Shown: positions 16,293 through 29,420 of the stretch, piece by piece
How positions within the stretch are numbered: the first letter of the stretch is position 1
How the letters are laid out: the number at the start of each line of letters is the position of its first letter
Sequence record: DRR378314_1934
Reading direction: 5' to 3' (one strand)
Length of the DNA: 33,483 nt
Made by a program: the position numbers and the translations under genes
The notes under the pieces: model-generated
Told to the model about the DNA's origin: nothing
Database searches by the model: none
Seen by the model: the letters and a program-made list of their open reading frames with translations, nothing else

Positions 16293-16925
16293 ATGTCCAT
16301 TCATGTCAGTGAACCCGGCAGACCCGTTGGAACACGCCTGCCGGAGGTATTCCGGGGCCGCCGCGTGGGCGACGTTACAGAATTGAGCGAATCCCACGAT
16401 ATTGACGTTCAGCACAGCGAGACAACCGACGCCGAATTCCAGCTTGCCGCCCGCTCAGGCCGGCAGCGCGCCATCGAAGAGTACGGTGCCGCGGCGGCCG
16501 GTGAGCCCAAAGAACGACGGGCCTACCTGCCAGTCTCCCAGATATGCACCCCTGCCCTGAATTCGGTGCCAGCGACCGCAACCGTTGCCGAAGCGATGGA
16601 TGCCATGGATGAGAACGGCGTGCACCACATCGTCATTACCGCCGAAGGGAACGTCGCAGGGCTCGTGGACATGCGTTGGTTGCTGACCTGGCTTCATGAG
16701 ACCGATGCGAACGCCATGAGCGCGAGCTTCGTGAATATCGAACTGCCGGCCTTCCTGACCTCGTCTCCCGAGACTGATGCCCACCAGTTGGCCAGACTCA
16801 TGCTCGCTCACCAACTGAATGCCGCCCTGGTGATCGATGATAAGGGTCAGTCAGCAGGCATTGTCACCAGCACCGACTACCTGAAGCTGTACGCCAACGC
16901 CAGCAGGCACGAGGGCAGTGTATAG
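16293..16925 (+). CDS. CBS-domain pair protein with an N-terminal extension
   Basis: TVAEAMDAMDENGVHHIVI...VAGLV and LARLMLAHQLNAALVIDDKGQSAGIVTSTDYL; GGAG upstream. Confidence 0.85.
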   Translation: MSIHVSEPGRPVGTRLPEVFRGRRVGDVTELSESHDIDVQHSETTDAEFQLAARSGRQRAIEEYGAAAAGEPKERRAYLPVSQICTPALNSVPATATVAEAMDAMDENGVHHIVITAEGNVAGLVDMRWLLTWLHETDANAMSASFVNIELPAFLTSSPETDAHQLARLMLAHQLNAALVIDDKGQSAGIVTSTDYLKLYANASRHEGSV

Positions 16926-16946
16926 CGCTGGGTGACGCACGGGCCG

Positions 16947-19700
16947 TCAGTGCAGGGACTGCCCTTCTCCGGTAAGTAGCCAAAGCTCCCAGCGGTCGGA
17001 GGTCGCCCCAAGGGTCTTCACCAGAACCGTGATCTCATCATCACGGTAATTTTCCAGCCGGGCTACTTCACCCGCGACACTGCCCAGCGACAACTGCGTT
17101 TTCCACTCACGGTGGTTATCGTCGCTATCATCATCGCTACCCTCGTCCAAAGAGATCCTTGCCAGGATGGGGCTGAGCAGGTTGTTGCCCTGGCTGTCAG
17201 CGAAATCGCCATCGGTGCTTCCGGCAACCAGAATATCCCGATCGAAGGTGCGCACGGCATTCAGTGATTCGGTAGACACGTCATCCCGGTCGTTAAAGGT
17301 AAAGGCGCGGGTGACATCGCCCAGCGCTGTATAAGACAGCGCAAAGCCGGCCTGACTGCTGAGCTGGCGACGTTGCAGGGAGCGGTCTCCATCGCCTGAC
17401 TGGACACGATAGTCCCCGTCACCGTGCCCCACCAACCACACGTTGTTTGTTCCGTATATTCCATCCGACAGGTTTTCGTTACCGGCAGTCCCTCGCTGCC
17501 TGACCTTAATCGTGCTGTCTGCACTGGAGGCCAGGAAAAAGAACGCGTCCTTTCCGCCGAACTGGGTCTGGCCTCTTACCGCACCTGACGAATCTCCGAT
17601 CAGCAGCGGGCTGCTGGTGGAGGTGCTTCCTCCCACAACCGATTCATCATGCCCTGCCGATCCAACCTGGCGTGTCCAGGCAACCACCGGCACGACCGCA
17701 TTGCCGTCGACGGTTGTGTCGATTCTCTGCAGGAAGCTGTCCACACCACCAGCGGCGGTTTCGTTCGGCCACTGACCACTGGTTTCGCCGGCGCTCACCA
17801 CGTAACCGCTGCCTTCGTCAATGCCCGTCCACCTGGGAATATCATCACCCGAGGTGGCGGTCACGATTTCCCAAACCGGAACGTAGCTATCAGGATCCTG
17901 AGCCGTGTCGAAGAAGTAAAGCTGAGTGTGAACGTCCACACCATTGCCACCCGGGGAGCCGTCCGGTGTTTGTTCACTGCCGAACGACACGGCGAATTCG
18001 TAGCGGGTAACGTCTTCATCCCCTTCCTTGACTTCACGTTCCACAAAACCGATCACCGGCTCCGCGCCGGGGGCAACCGCAGCCTGTGACAGTGCCTGTT
18101 CGGTTATTTCGCCTTTCTGCGTCACGATACGCACCCAGGGCCGATTGCCTTCATCAACGCGATAGCCCGCGATGAAAAGACGGCCGTTGTGCCCGATAGC
18201 CGTGTCGGTGGGAATAAACGCCGTACTGCTACCCACTTCAAGCGGCGAGGTCAGTTCGTTGATATTTACCCGCAGCTTGTCGGCGTCCGCCGAGGCGGCA
18301 AAATTTTCCCTTCCCGACTGATAGCGCTCATCCAGGCCCAGCAGGATGAAACGGTCGTTTTCAAGCTGCCCGTTGGTATAGTCGTCGGGTATCCGGATAC
18401 GGAAGCGCATTTCCTCGACGCCCTCCGCGAAGGTCAGAAGATCCCCTTCCGTCCATTGGCCCCCACCATCCCGAACTTCCACAATGAAATCCTCGCCCAG
18501 AATCACCTCGGAATCGTCATCCTCGCCGAGTTTCACACTGTAGGCGCCGGCACGTTCGCCGCTGATCAACGCGACATACTCGCGAACATCGCCAACATTG
18601 AGTGCATCACGGGTGCCACCGGCCTCGGTTTCCAGACGTACGGTTGGCTCATTGTCCTCAATCCTCAGCAGCTCCCGAACACCGGAATTGGAACTGCCCA
18701 GCCCGGCGAGGCCGGACCGTACCTCGGTCAACCGGATGTTCAGGGTTTCCAGGGGTTCTGCCTCCGTGTCCTCTACAACCTCCAGGCGGATATAGCACTC
18801 GGTGATTCCAGGTTCCAGAGTGATCACCCCTTTGGACAGGAACCCGTCATCATCCGGCTGATACTGAAGGTAGGAAGGTACCGGCAGGGTTGGTTCGCTC
18901 TGCGTGCCCAAACCAATAATGTCCTTGCCGATAATCGCCTCGTTGTCGTTGGCAGCCCCGTTCTCACACCGCTGGTGAGGAGGGTCAATATCCTCGTCAC
19001 AGCGTTGTGGGTTGAAACTTGAATCCAGTTCAAAGGCCACCTCAACACGAGTGACTGACGGCTGATCAAGCAGCACACGGACAAGAACCGGATAGGTGTC
19101 GCTGGTGCGTTGTACCGTATTGATCACCGTGCCATCGTCGTCGTATTCGTTCACCGGATACGTCTGGCTACCGAGTTCCCCAATCTCCGGCGCCTCACAA
19201 CGGTTATCCCGTTCCTCTGGCGCTTCAATTTCCTGACCCTCGGTAAAATCATCAATGGCCAGGCTCAATGCGTTTTCCTGGACCTCGATCTCGAATGGCT
19301 GGGTACCGGCGGCACGGCCATCGTTGGCAACCAGAGTGATGTTCTCCGTTGTGCCAAGGTCGTCCCGGCCTCGGGAGCCGCCAGTCAGCCCGGGAACACC
19401 CCGCATAATGACGCCCTGACGCGCCTTGTTGCTGGTATCCTCCAGCGCCAGCCAGGACGGTGCGTTGGTGAGCGAGTAATCAAGAATGTCATCGCTGTCG
19501 AAGGCGCCAAAGTTATAGGCGTACTCAACCCCCAGATAGGCCTCATCCGGCGGTGTACCGAGGATGTAGGGGTCTTCGGCGTCCTGTTCGGTCTTGCAAC
19601 CGCCAACGACAACCACCATCAGTGACAACAGGGCAAGGTAACCCCACCGGGATAAACGGCAAACAGTACGAGAGAGGCAAGGTAGCGAATCGGCGCGCAT
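16947..19700 (-). CDS. Large acidic lipoprotein with Ig/cadherin-like, Calx-beta-like and SBBP-like propeller segments
   Basis: 917-aa ORF; hydrophobic stretch ending VVGGC35; YSLTNAPSWL; GVITLEPG...EDTEAEPLETLNIRL; AGETSG...GGVDSFL...WTRQVGSAG. Confidence 0.75.
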   Translation of the reverse strand: MRADSLPCLSRTVCRLSRWGYLALLSLMVVVVGGCKTEQDAEDPYILGTPPDEAYLGVEYAYNFGAFDSDDILDYSLTNAPSWLALEDTSNKARQGVIMRGVPGLTGGSRGRDDLGTTENITLVANDGRAAGTQPFEIEVQENALSLAIDDFTEGQEIEAPEERDNRCEAPEIGELGSQTYPVNEYDDDGTVINTVQRTSDTYPVLVRVLLDQPSVTRVEVAFELDSSFNPQRCDEDIDPPHQRCENGAANDNEAIIGKDIIGLGTQSEPTLPVPSYLQYQPDDDGFLSKGVITLEPGITECYIRLEVVEDTEAEPLETLNIRLTEVRSGLAGLGSSNSGVRELLRIEDNEPTVRLETEAGGTRDALNVGDVREYVALISGERAGAYSVKLGEDDDSEVILGEDFIVEVRDGGGQWTEGDLLTFAEGVEEMRFRIRIPDDYTNGQLENDRFILLGLDERYQSGRENFAASADADKLRVNINELTSPLEVGSSTAFIPTDTAIGHNGRLFIAGYRVDEGNRPWVRIVTQKGEITEQALSQAAVAPGAEPVIGFVEREVKEGDEDVTRYEFAVSFGSEQTPDGSPGGNGVDVHTQLYFFDTAQDPDSYVPVWEIVTATSGDDIPRWTGIDEGSGYVVSAGETSGQWPNETAAGGVDSFLQRIDTTVDGNAVVPVVAWTRQVGSAGHDESVVGGSTSTSSPLLIGDSSGAVRGQTQFGGKDAFFFLASSADSTIKVRQRGTAGNENLSDGIYGTNNVWLVGHGDGDYRVQSGDGDRSLQRRQLSSQAGFALSYTALGDVTRAFTFNDRDDVSTESLNAVRTFDRDILVAGSTDGDFADSQGNNLLSPILARISLDEGSDDDSDDNHREWKTQLSLGSVAGEVARLENYRDDEITVLVKTLGATSDRWELWLLTGEGQSLH

Positions 19701-19852
19701 GAAAAAGTCCGTTTCAGAGCATTGTTTTTATGGGTGCTTTACACACCGTTACAGAACAAGCTCATGGTAATCAATTTCACGGAGGCGGGATCTGCGCGAG
19801 TTCTCAGATTCTTGCCACGGTCGCATCACAGTGTGCGCCGTGGATTGAAGTG

Positions 19853-22887
<3,035 letters not shown>

Positions 22888-22925
22888 AGTGGTGCTGTCC
22901 TGTTTGCAGATCGGATATCGTTGCT

Positions 22926-22954
22926 ACTCTAAGAAAAGCCTGTAATGAATACAA
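22926..22954 (-). promoter_or_regulatory. Internal sigma70 promoter for zipA-ligA
   Basis: Minus strand TTGTAT-17 bp-TAGAGT, 38 bp upstream of zipA. Confidence 0.55.
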
Positions 22955-23028
22955 CGCAAACACAGGCCAGATGGCGGTTTTGTCATTTTTGCACGAACCT
23001 TGACCGACTGGCCGCCCGACGCCGTTCA

Positions 23029-26000
23029 TCAGGCCTCCGCCAGCGCTGCGGCCTCATCCACATCCACCGATACCAGTCGTGAGCACCCTGGCTCGTGCAT
23101 GGTGACGCCCATCAGTTGATCGGCCATTTCCATGGCGATCTTGTTATGGGTAATGTAGATGAACTGTACCTGTTTTGACATTTCCTTGACCATGTTCGCG
23201 TAACGCCCGACGTTGGCGTCGTCCAACGGAGCGTCCACCTCGTCAAGCATACAGAACGGTGCGGGATTGAGCTGGAAGATCGAGAACACCAGGGCAATCG
23301 CTGTTAAAGCCTTCTCACCACCGGATAGCAGGTGGATCGTGCTGTTCTTCTTGCCTGGCGGCCGCGCCATGATGGCAGCGCCGGTTTCCAGCAGGTCTTC
23401 GCTGGTCAATTCCAGATAAGCATTACCACCGCCAAACACTTTCGGGAACAGCGCCTGAAGGCCACCGTTTACCTGGTCGAAGGTTTCCTTGAAGCGCTGA
23501 CGGGTTTCACGGTCGATCTTGCGTATCGCGTTGTCCAGGGTTTCCAGGGCTTCCATCAGGTCTTCATGCTGGCTGTCCAGATACGTCTTGCGCTCACTCT
23601 GAACCTGGTATTCCTCGATGGCTGCAAGGTTGATGGCGCCCAGGCGCTGAATCCGTGACCCGATTTTCTCGAGGTCCTCGGCCCAGGCCTTCTCGCTGGC
23701 CTCCTCGGGAAGAGCGGAAAGGACTTCCTGAAGGTGGACGTCCAGCTCTTCGAGCTGTTCCAGGTGATTGCCTGCTCGTATTTCCAGCGCCTGGGATTCC
23801 ATTTTCAGCTTTTCGAGGCTGGCACGAACGTCCTGAATCGTATGCTCTATGCAGCTGCGGCTTTGCTCCCGGTCACGCACGTCCTGATCAATTTCTTCCA
23901 GCGCATCCCGGGCTGCTGCCAACTTCTCCTCTTCAGCCAGACGCCGATCCAGCAGACCTTCAAGCTGCATCTTCAGATCTTCGATGGGCTCTTCGGCGTT
24001 TTCTCGGCTCTCACGAAGAATATCCAGACGCTCGTCCAGGCGTTCTTTCTGAAGCTGCATTCGGTCAATGGTCTGGCGCAGGCCATCGCGCTGGCTGTTG
24101 AGGGACTGCAACTGGAGCTGTAGCTGGTGAGCATGGTCGCGATCATGCCGGGCCTCCTGACGAAGCCGGTCGAGGTTTTCACGCAACACATCCCGACGCT
24201 CGAGCAGGCGTTCCTTCTCCTCGTCGCTGTCCTCTGTGGAGGCCAGGGCCTGCTGCCATTCTTCCCGGGTTTCCAGCAGTTGTCCCTGCTGTTCCTCAAG
24301 GTTCATGGACACATCCGACAGATCATCCCGAATGCGCTGAAGCCGCGCATCAATCTGTTCCGCTCGCGCTTTCAGGCCACTGATCTTCGACGACAGAGTT
24401 GCCAGTTCCCGATCCGTATCTGCCTGCCGGGCCTGGGCCTCGTCCCTGGCGGCTTCTGCCCTTTCGGACTGGTCCAGCAGGCGGTCGAGGTTATCGGTCG
24501 CCGCTTCGAGAGCTGCCTCCGACTGTTCAAGCTCACTGGTCAGTGCCGTCACTTTCTTCTGGCGCTCAATCACACCGATCTGGGCAGCATCGGAATCCGG
24601 CATCAGCACCCAATCGGCCGACAACCAGGCGCCCTCGGGCGTGATGATACTTCTGCCCGGAGCTAGCGATTTCTGGCGCTCCAGCGCCTCCGCCATCGTT
24701 TCTGCGGTATCAACGAGGGCCAGCAGCGAGGACATGCCCCCGGCGCCATTGACCTTACCCGCGAGCCCTTTTGATGACGACTCTCCAGTGGACTCACTAT
24801 TGATCAGTGCCAGCCCTCGGGGCGCCTCCGCCATCTCGGATTGCACCGTGCCCAAGCCTGGCACGCTGAGCCCTTGGCTGAAGCGCCCGATTACCTGTTC
24901 GACCGCAAACTCCCAACCATCGTCAATCTGCAGCTGTTTCGCCAGCCTCGGGCTATTGCTCAGACCCCGGTCATTCAGCCATGCCTGCAAGGTGTCGTCC
25001 TGCCCACCCATTTGCTCATCGAGCAGGGCCTGCTGGGATTCCAGCGATGCCCTCAGGCTCTGAACCTGCTGACGGGCATCCGTGGCGACCTGTTCTGCGT
25101 CCCGCTGCTGGTGCCGCGCCTCCTGGAGCTCATCCTGCACGACGTTGATTCGCTCAGAGGCTTCTTCCCTTTGCAGCTCCAGGGTCTCCTGTTGCTCCAG
25201 GAGGTCGTCCAGCTCAGCCCGATCCATCTGCCCTTCAAGCAGGTCCTGTTCGTCCCGGAGCCTTTGCTGGCGCGTGCGCAGTTGTTCGATGGCGTTTTCC
25301 AGGGAACGAATACTGGACTGGGCCAGTTCCGCCTGCCGACGAGCATCCGCTGAACGAGCGCTGAAGTCTTCCCAATTGTGCTGCCATTCACTCATGGCGT
25401 CTTCGGCACTCTGGAGCTTTTCACCGGAGTCCTCGGACTTCACCGCCAGCGCTTCCTGCTCCGGTTCCAGCATGTCCAGTTCTTCCTGGATCCCCGCCAG
25501 TTTTTCCTCGTCCTGCTCCAGCTCCCGCGCCAGTTCCCGCTGGTTCGCCATGGCCTGATCCAGCTCTGCGGCGGTCTGGCGACTGCGCTCACGCTGGTGT
25601 TCCAGGCTCTGCTCGATGCGGGCAATGTCGGCACCGGCTTCGTAATAACGCGCCTGTGCCCGATTGAAATGCTCGTTACGCTCCTGATGGCCGTCCCGCA
25701 GGGACTCGAGGGCGGTTTCAAGGCTAACCCGCTCAGAGAGCTGCTTCTCAAGCTCAAGTTCGGTATCGCGAATACGGGTGCGCCATGTCTGCAGGTCGGT
25801 GTCGAGTGTCTGCCAGCGCAGTACCGTCAGTTCGGCCTTTTTCTGGCGCTCTTCCTGCTTGTAGGCCTTGTACTTTTCGGCCGCCTGGGCCTGTCGCTCA
25901 AGGTGTTGCAGTTGCCTGCCCAATTCTTCGCGCAGGTCCGTCAACCGTTCCAGGTTTTCTTGAGTCCGGCGGATCCGGCTCTCGGTTTCCTTGCGGCGCT

Positions 26001-26523
26001 CCTTGTATTTCGAGATGCCGGCGGCTTCTTCGATGTACACGCGGAGCTCTTCGGGCTTGGCTTCGATCAGCCGAGAAATCATGCCCTGCTCGATAATGGC
26101 GTAACTGCGGGGGCCAAGACCGGTACCAAGGAACAGATCGGTAATGTCCCGGCGGCGACATTTTGAACCATTGAGGAAGTATTCAGACTGGCCCTCACGA
26201 GAGACGCGGCGGCGTACTGAAATCTCATTGAAACGCACAAACTCGCCGGGCGCGGAGCCATCGCTGTTGTCGAAGACGAGTTCTATGGAGGCCTGACCAA
26301 CCGGTTTGCGGGCACTGGAACCGTTGAAGATGACATCCGACATGGATTCGCCGCGCAGGTACTTGGCGGAGCTTTCACCCATGACCCAACGTACGGCGTC
26401 GATGATATTGGACTTGCCACACCCGTTAGGACCCACGACCGCAGTCATGTTGGACGGGAACGGCACCGTGGTTGGGTCAACGAAGGATTTGAAACCGGAT
26501 AGCTTGATGGATTTCAGGCGCAT
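23029..26523 (-). CDS. smc: Chromosome segregation protein SMC
   Basis: GFKSF, Walker A GPNGCGKSN, long coiled coils, LSGGEK signature, LDEVDAPLD, ITHN; 1164 aa. Confidence 0.98.
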   Translation of the reverse strand: MRLKSIKLSGFKSFVDPTTVPFPSNMTAVVGPNGCGKSNIIDAVRWVMGESSAKYLRGESMSDVIFNGSSARKPVGQASIELVFDNSDGSAPGEFVRFNEISVRRRVSREGQSEYFLNGSKCRRRDITDLFLGTGLGPRSYAIIEQGMISRLIEAKPEELRVYIEEAAGISKYKERRKETESRIRRTQENLERLTDLREELGRQLQHLERQAQAAEKYKAYKQEERQKKAELTVLRWQTLDTDLQTWRTRIRDTELELEKQLSERVSLETALESLRDGHQERNEHFNRAQARYYEAGADIARIEQSLEHQRERSRQTAAELDQAMANQRELARELEQDEEKLAGIQEELDMLEPEQEALAVKSEDSGEKLQSAEDAMSEWQHNWEDFSARSADARRQAELAQSSIRSLENAIEQLRTRQQRLRDEQDLLEGQMDRAELDDLLEQQETLELQREEASERINVVQDELQEARHQQRDAEQVATDARQQVQSLRASLESQQALLDEQMGGQDDTLQAWLNDRGLSNSPRLAKQLQIDDGWEFAVEQVIGRFSQGLSVPGLGTVQSEMAEAPRGLALINSESTGESSSKGLAGKVNGAGGMSSLLALVDTAETMAEALERQKSLAPGRSIITPEGAWLSADWVLMPDSDAAQIGVIERQKKVTALTSELEQSEAALEAATDNLDRLLDQSERAEAARDEAQARQADTDRELATLSSKISGLKARAEQIDARLQRIRDDLSDVSMNLEEQQGQLLETREEWQQALASTEDSDEEKERLLERRDVLRENLDRLRQEARHDRDHAHQLQLQLQSLNSQRDGLRQTIDRMQLQKERLDERLDILRESRENAEEPIEDLKMQLEGLLDRRLAEEEKLAAARDALEEIDQDVRDREQSRSCIEHTIQDVRASLEKLKMESQALEIRAGNHLEQLEELDVHLQEVLSALPEEASEKAWAEDLEKIGSRIQRLGAINLAAIEEYQVQSERKTYLDSQHEDLMEALETLDNAIRKIDRETRQRFKETFDQVNGGLQALFPKVFGGGNAYLELTSEDLLETGAAIMARPPGKKNSTIHLLSGGEKALTAIALVFSIFQLNPAPFCMLDEVDAPLDDANVGRYANMVKEMSKQVQFIYITHNKIAMEMADQLMGVTMHEPGCSRLVSVDVDEAAALAEA

Positions 26524-26524
26524 A

Positions 26525-27208
26525 TCAGGCGCTCACCTCTTCCCGGAGAATGCTCAGTACCTGTTCACGCTGATGTTCGCCGAATTCCTGGATGGCCGTC
26601 TCCAGGCCCGCCGAGTCATCACGGACAGCGGCATCCGCCAGCTGCCGGAAAAAGCGCGCGGTTTCGGCCAGTTCGTCGCGGAAGTTCTCCAGGGCCACAT
26701 AGTAGGTACGGCTGATGGCGGGGCGGAAATTCTCCAGGGTTTCCTCAAGGAACGGATTCTCTACCAGGCCATAGGCGTACCGCATTACGCCAAACCCGGC
26801 CTCAATGACTTGCTCAGCAGCATCACCGCCGGACGAATTGAGCGCATCTATGACCGCCTGTAATTCGCGCACCTGGCCCATTACACCCGACAGTTCGTTA
26901 CCGGACCAGCGCTCAAGGACCTTCCGGCCAAGCATGCACAGCAGATCAATGTAGATATCGTAGAGGCTGTTGACCAACTCCGGGGTCAACCGGGAAACTA
27001 CGGCGCCACGGCGAGGGAAGATGTCCACCAGGTGCCGGCGCTGGAGGATCAGCAGTGCTTCCCGAACAGAGCCGCGGCTGACATTCAGATCACCGGCAAC
27101 CTTGAGTTCCTGGATTCGCTCGCCCGGCCTCAGGTCGCCGGTCACGATGCGCTGCCCCAAATGCTGGGCTATCTGTTCGGAAAGACTTTCGGGGGCCTGA
27201 AACCTCAT
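26525..27208 (-). CDS. GntR-family (FCD) transcriptional regulator
   Basis: LRPGERIQE...LNVSRGSVREAL..L......PRRGAVV winged HTH; 1 bp upstream of smc. Confidence 0.9.
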   Translation of the reverse strand: MRFQAPESLSEQIAQHLGQRIVTGDLRPGERIQELKVAGDLNVSRGSVREALLILQRRHLVDIFPRRGAVVSRLTPELVNSLYDIYIDLLCMLGRKVLERWSGNELSGVMGQVRELQAVIDALNSSGGDAAEQVIEAGFGVMRYAYGLVENPFLEETLENFRPAISRTYYVALENFRDELAETARFFRQLADAAVRDDSAGLETAIQEFGEHQREQVLSILREEVSA

Positions 27209-27428
27209 AAAGTTCGTCGCTCACTCGCTACTGGCAGCAAAGAATAAGCGCAGAAGTTTACCACAGGCACCCGCGAGCCCAATCCCCTTGTCGGACATTT
27301 TAACGATCCGGTCATGCCGGCAAACCCATGCCGGAATATTGACGTGCTTTCGTTCCAATCCATGAACACTTGGAGCAGTTTATAACTAAGCCTTTGTAGA
27401 TAGCTGTTATTTAGCGCATTTTTATTTT

Positions 27429-27444
27429 TGGCCCTAAATATGCT
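27429..27444 (+). promoter_or_regulatory. Candidate sigma54 promoter for the diguanylate cyclase
   Basis: TGGCCCTAAATATGCt: GG-10 bp-GC, 36 bp before the GTG start, preceded by an AT-rich tract. Confidence 0.55.
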
Positions 27445-27479
27445 TTAAATCGGGAAAATACCCTGACAGGCGGCTTTGC

Positions 27480-28409
27480 GTGAAACAGATTCCTTCAATC
27501 AATAAATCCGGACCTCAACCCCAGAAGCTGGCAGCCCTGCGCCAGGCGCACCGGGATTGGAACGAATCGCCGGACGTGCTCACAAGGCTGACCCGAAGGC
27601 TGTCTACGACTCTCAATCTGGAGACACAGCTGGCCATAGTGGCCGAAGAAATCGCCAGCGTGGTTCCCTACGACTGCCTGACTTACCGGCATACCATCAC
27701 CAACCGGGATTTTGTCTATGCGACGGGTATGGGTGGGCCTCATCGCTGTGACTATCGACTCAACCTTGAAGGCGACTTTTACGGCACGCTCTCGCTCAGC
27801 CGCCGACAGAAGTTCAGCGATCAGGAACTCGAAGGCATTGAGCTGATGCTTGCGGCGGCCATCTGCCCGATTCGCAACGCGTGCCAGTTTATTGCCATTG
27901 AACAGGCTTCTCTGACGGACTCATTGACTGGCGTCCCGAACAAGCGCGCCCTGGACGAGGCTTTGGCCCGCGCGAGCTGTCTTGGCGAGAGACACGGAGA
28001 GCAGTATTCACTGATCCTGTGTGACCTGGATTACTTCAAACAGGTGAACGACCAGTATGGCCATGTCGTCGGGGATCATATACTGAAGCTTGCGGCTGTT
28101 GAGATTGAGAAGGCCGTGAGAAACTCGGACAGCGTCTATCGTTTTGGTGGCGAGGAGTTTGCCATTCTGTTGCCACACACCGACGAGACAAATGCCCGCG
28201 ATGTTGGCGACCGTATCCGCGCGTTCATCAACACCATTGTCGTGAACTGCGGTGACACCGATGTCACGGTCACCGCCAGCTGTGGCGTGGCAAATCGGCT
28301 TCCGGACGAGACGGCCGACCAGTGGCTTGCCCGAGCCGACGAGGCGCTCTACCGGGCGAAAGCCCATGGCCGTAATTGCACCCGGGTGTTCGCCACGATC
28401 GCTAATTGA
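27480..28409 (+). CDS. Diguanylate cyclase (GGDEF) with a degenerate GAF-like N-terminus
   Basis: TDSLTGVPNKR, DLDYFKQVNDQYGHVVGD, RNSD I-site five residues before GGEEF, ADEALYRAK..GRN; no TM segment. Confidence 0.93.
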   Translation: MKQIPSINKSGPQPQKLAALRQAHRDWNESPDVLTRLTRRLSTTLNLETQLAIVAEEIASVVPYDCLTYRHTITNRDFVYATGMGGPHRCDYRLNLEGDFYGTLSLSRRQKFSDQELEGIELMLAAAICPIRNACQFIAIEQASLTDSLTGVPNKRALDEALARASCLGERHGEQYSLILCDLDYFKQVNDQYGHVVGDHILKLAAVEIEKAVRNSDSVYRFGGEEFAILLPHTDETNARDVGDRIRAFINTIVVNCGDTDVTVTASCGVANRLPDETADQWLARADEALYRAKAHGRNCTRVFATIAN

Positions 28410-29384
28410 TCAGCGCTTGCCGGACCTGGCCGGTGGTTTGCCAGATGACTTCCGTCCGCTGGAAGGGCCGGTACTGTCGACCTGCCACCGGGCGCCGCCG
28501 GACTTTCGCGGCCCCGTGCCAGCCTGCTTGCGACGTTTTCGGTCAAGCGTCTTCTGCTCGGACGGCGTTTTGGCGGGAATCTCCACTGGTTTCAGATCCA
28601 CGGCTTTGCTGAGCGAGTCGACGGCTTTCTGGTCCAGCTCCTCCCACTTGCCAACGGACAGGCGGCTTGGCAGGAAGATTGGCCCGTAGCGTACCCGCTT
28701 CAAGCGGCTGACCCGCACACCCTGGGATTCCCAGAGGCGACGAACCTCGCGATTTCGACCTTCCAGAAGCGTCACATGGAACCATTGGTTGATCCCTTTG
28801 CCCCCGGCTTCGCTGATATCGGAAAACTTTGCCATACCGTCGTCGAGCAGTACGCCCTCAGACAGCCGCTTGATCATCGCTTCGTCGACTTCGCCGAACA
28901 CCCTGACCGCGTATTCGCGATCCACCTGACGTGACGGGTGCATCAAGCGATTGGCAAGCTCACCGTCGGTGGTGAACAGCACCAGGCCGGTGGTATTGAT
29001 GTCCAGCCGCCCGATGGCGATCCAACGGTGATCACGAAGGCGCGGCAATCGATCGAACACGGTCGGGCGCCCTTCCGGATCCCGGCGCGTGGTGACCTCA
29101 CCTTCCGGTTTGTTGTAGATGAGCACCCGCCGGACCACCTCGGCGCCGGCCGCAATATCCAGGCGCTTGCCATCCAGCTCAATGCGGTCTTCCACCGTGG
29201 CTTTCTGTCCCGGCTCGACCGGCTTCCCGTTAATGCTTAAACGGCCGGCTTCGATCCAGGATTCTACCTCACGGCGAGATCCCACACCGGCTCGGGCCAG
29301 CAACTTCTGTATGCGCTCGGGGCCGGAAACCGTGGTTTCATCCGGCTGCCGTTGTTCGGGTTTCTTGGGGCGATTGGCCGCCAT
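28410..29384 (-). CDS. rluB: 23S rRNA pseudouridine 2605 synthase
   Basis: S4 domain [16 protein letters not shown], catalytic [23 protein letters not shown]; follows scpB. Confidence 0.94.
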   Translation of the reverse strand: MAANRPKKPEQRQPDETTVSGPERIQKLLARAGVGSRREVESWIEAGRLSINGKPVEPGQKATVEDRIELDGKRLDIAAGAEVVRRVLIYNKPEGEVTTRRDPEGRPTVFDRLPRLRDHRWIAIGRLDINTTGLVLFTTDGELANRLMHPSRQVDREYAVRVFGEVDEAMIKRLSEGVLLDDGMAKFSDISEAGGKGINQWFHVTLLEGRNREVRRLWESQGVRVSRLKRVRYGPIFLPSRLSVGKWEELDQKAVDSLSKAVDLKPVEIPAKTPSEQKTLDRKRRKQAGTGPRKSGGARWQVDSTGPSSGRKSSGKPPARSGKR

Positions 29385-29420
29385 GAATCTATCCTTAAAA
29401 AATGGCTGACGCCGGTGGCG

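Noticed and set aside
23029-26523. SMC protein as a Wadjet or other defence ATPase
   Set aside because: Canonical Smc in the conserved gntR-smc-zipA-ligA context, with ScpA and ScpB and no JetD/MksG nuclease.
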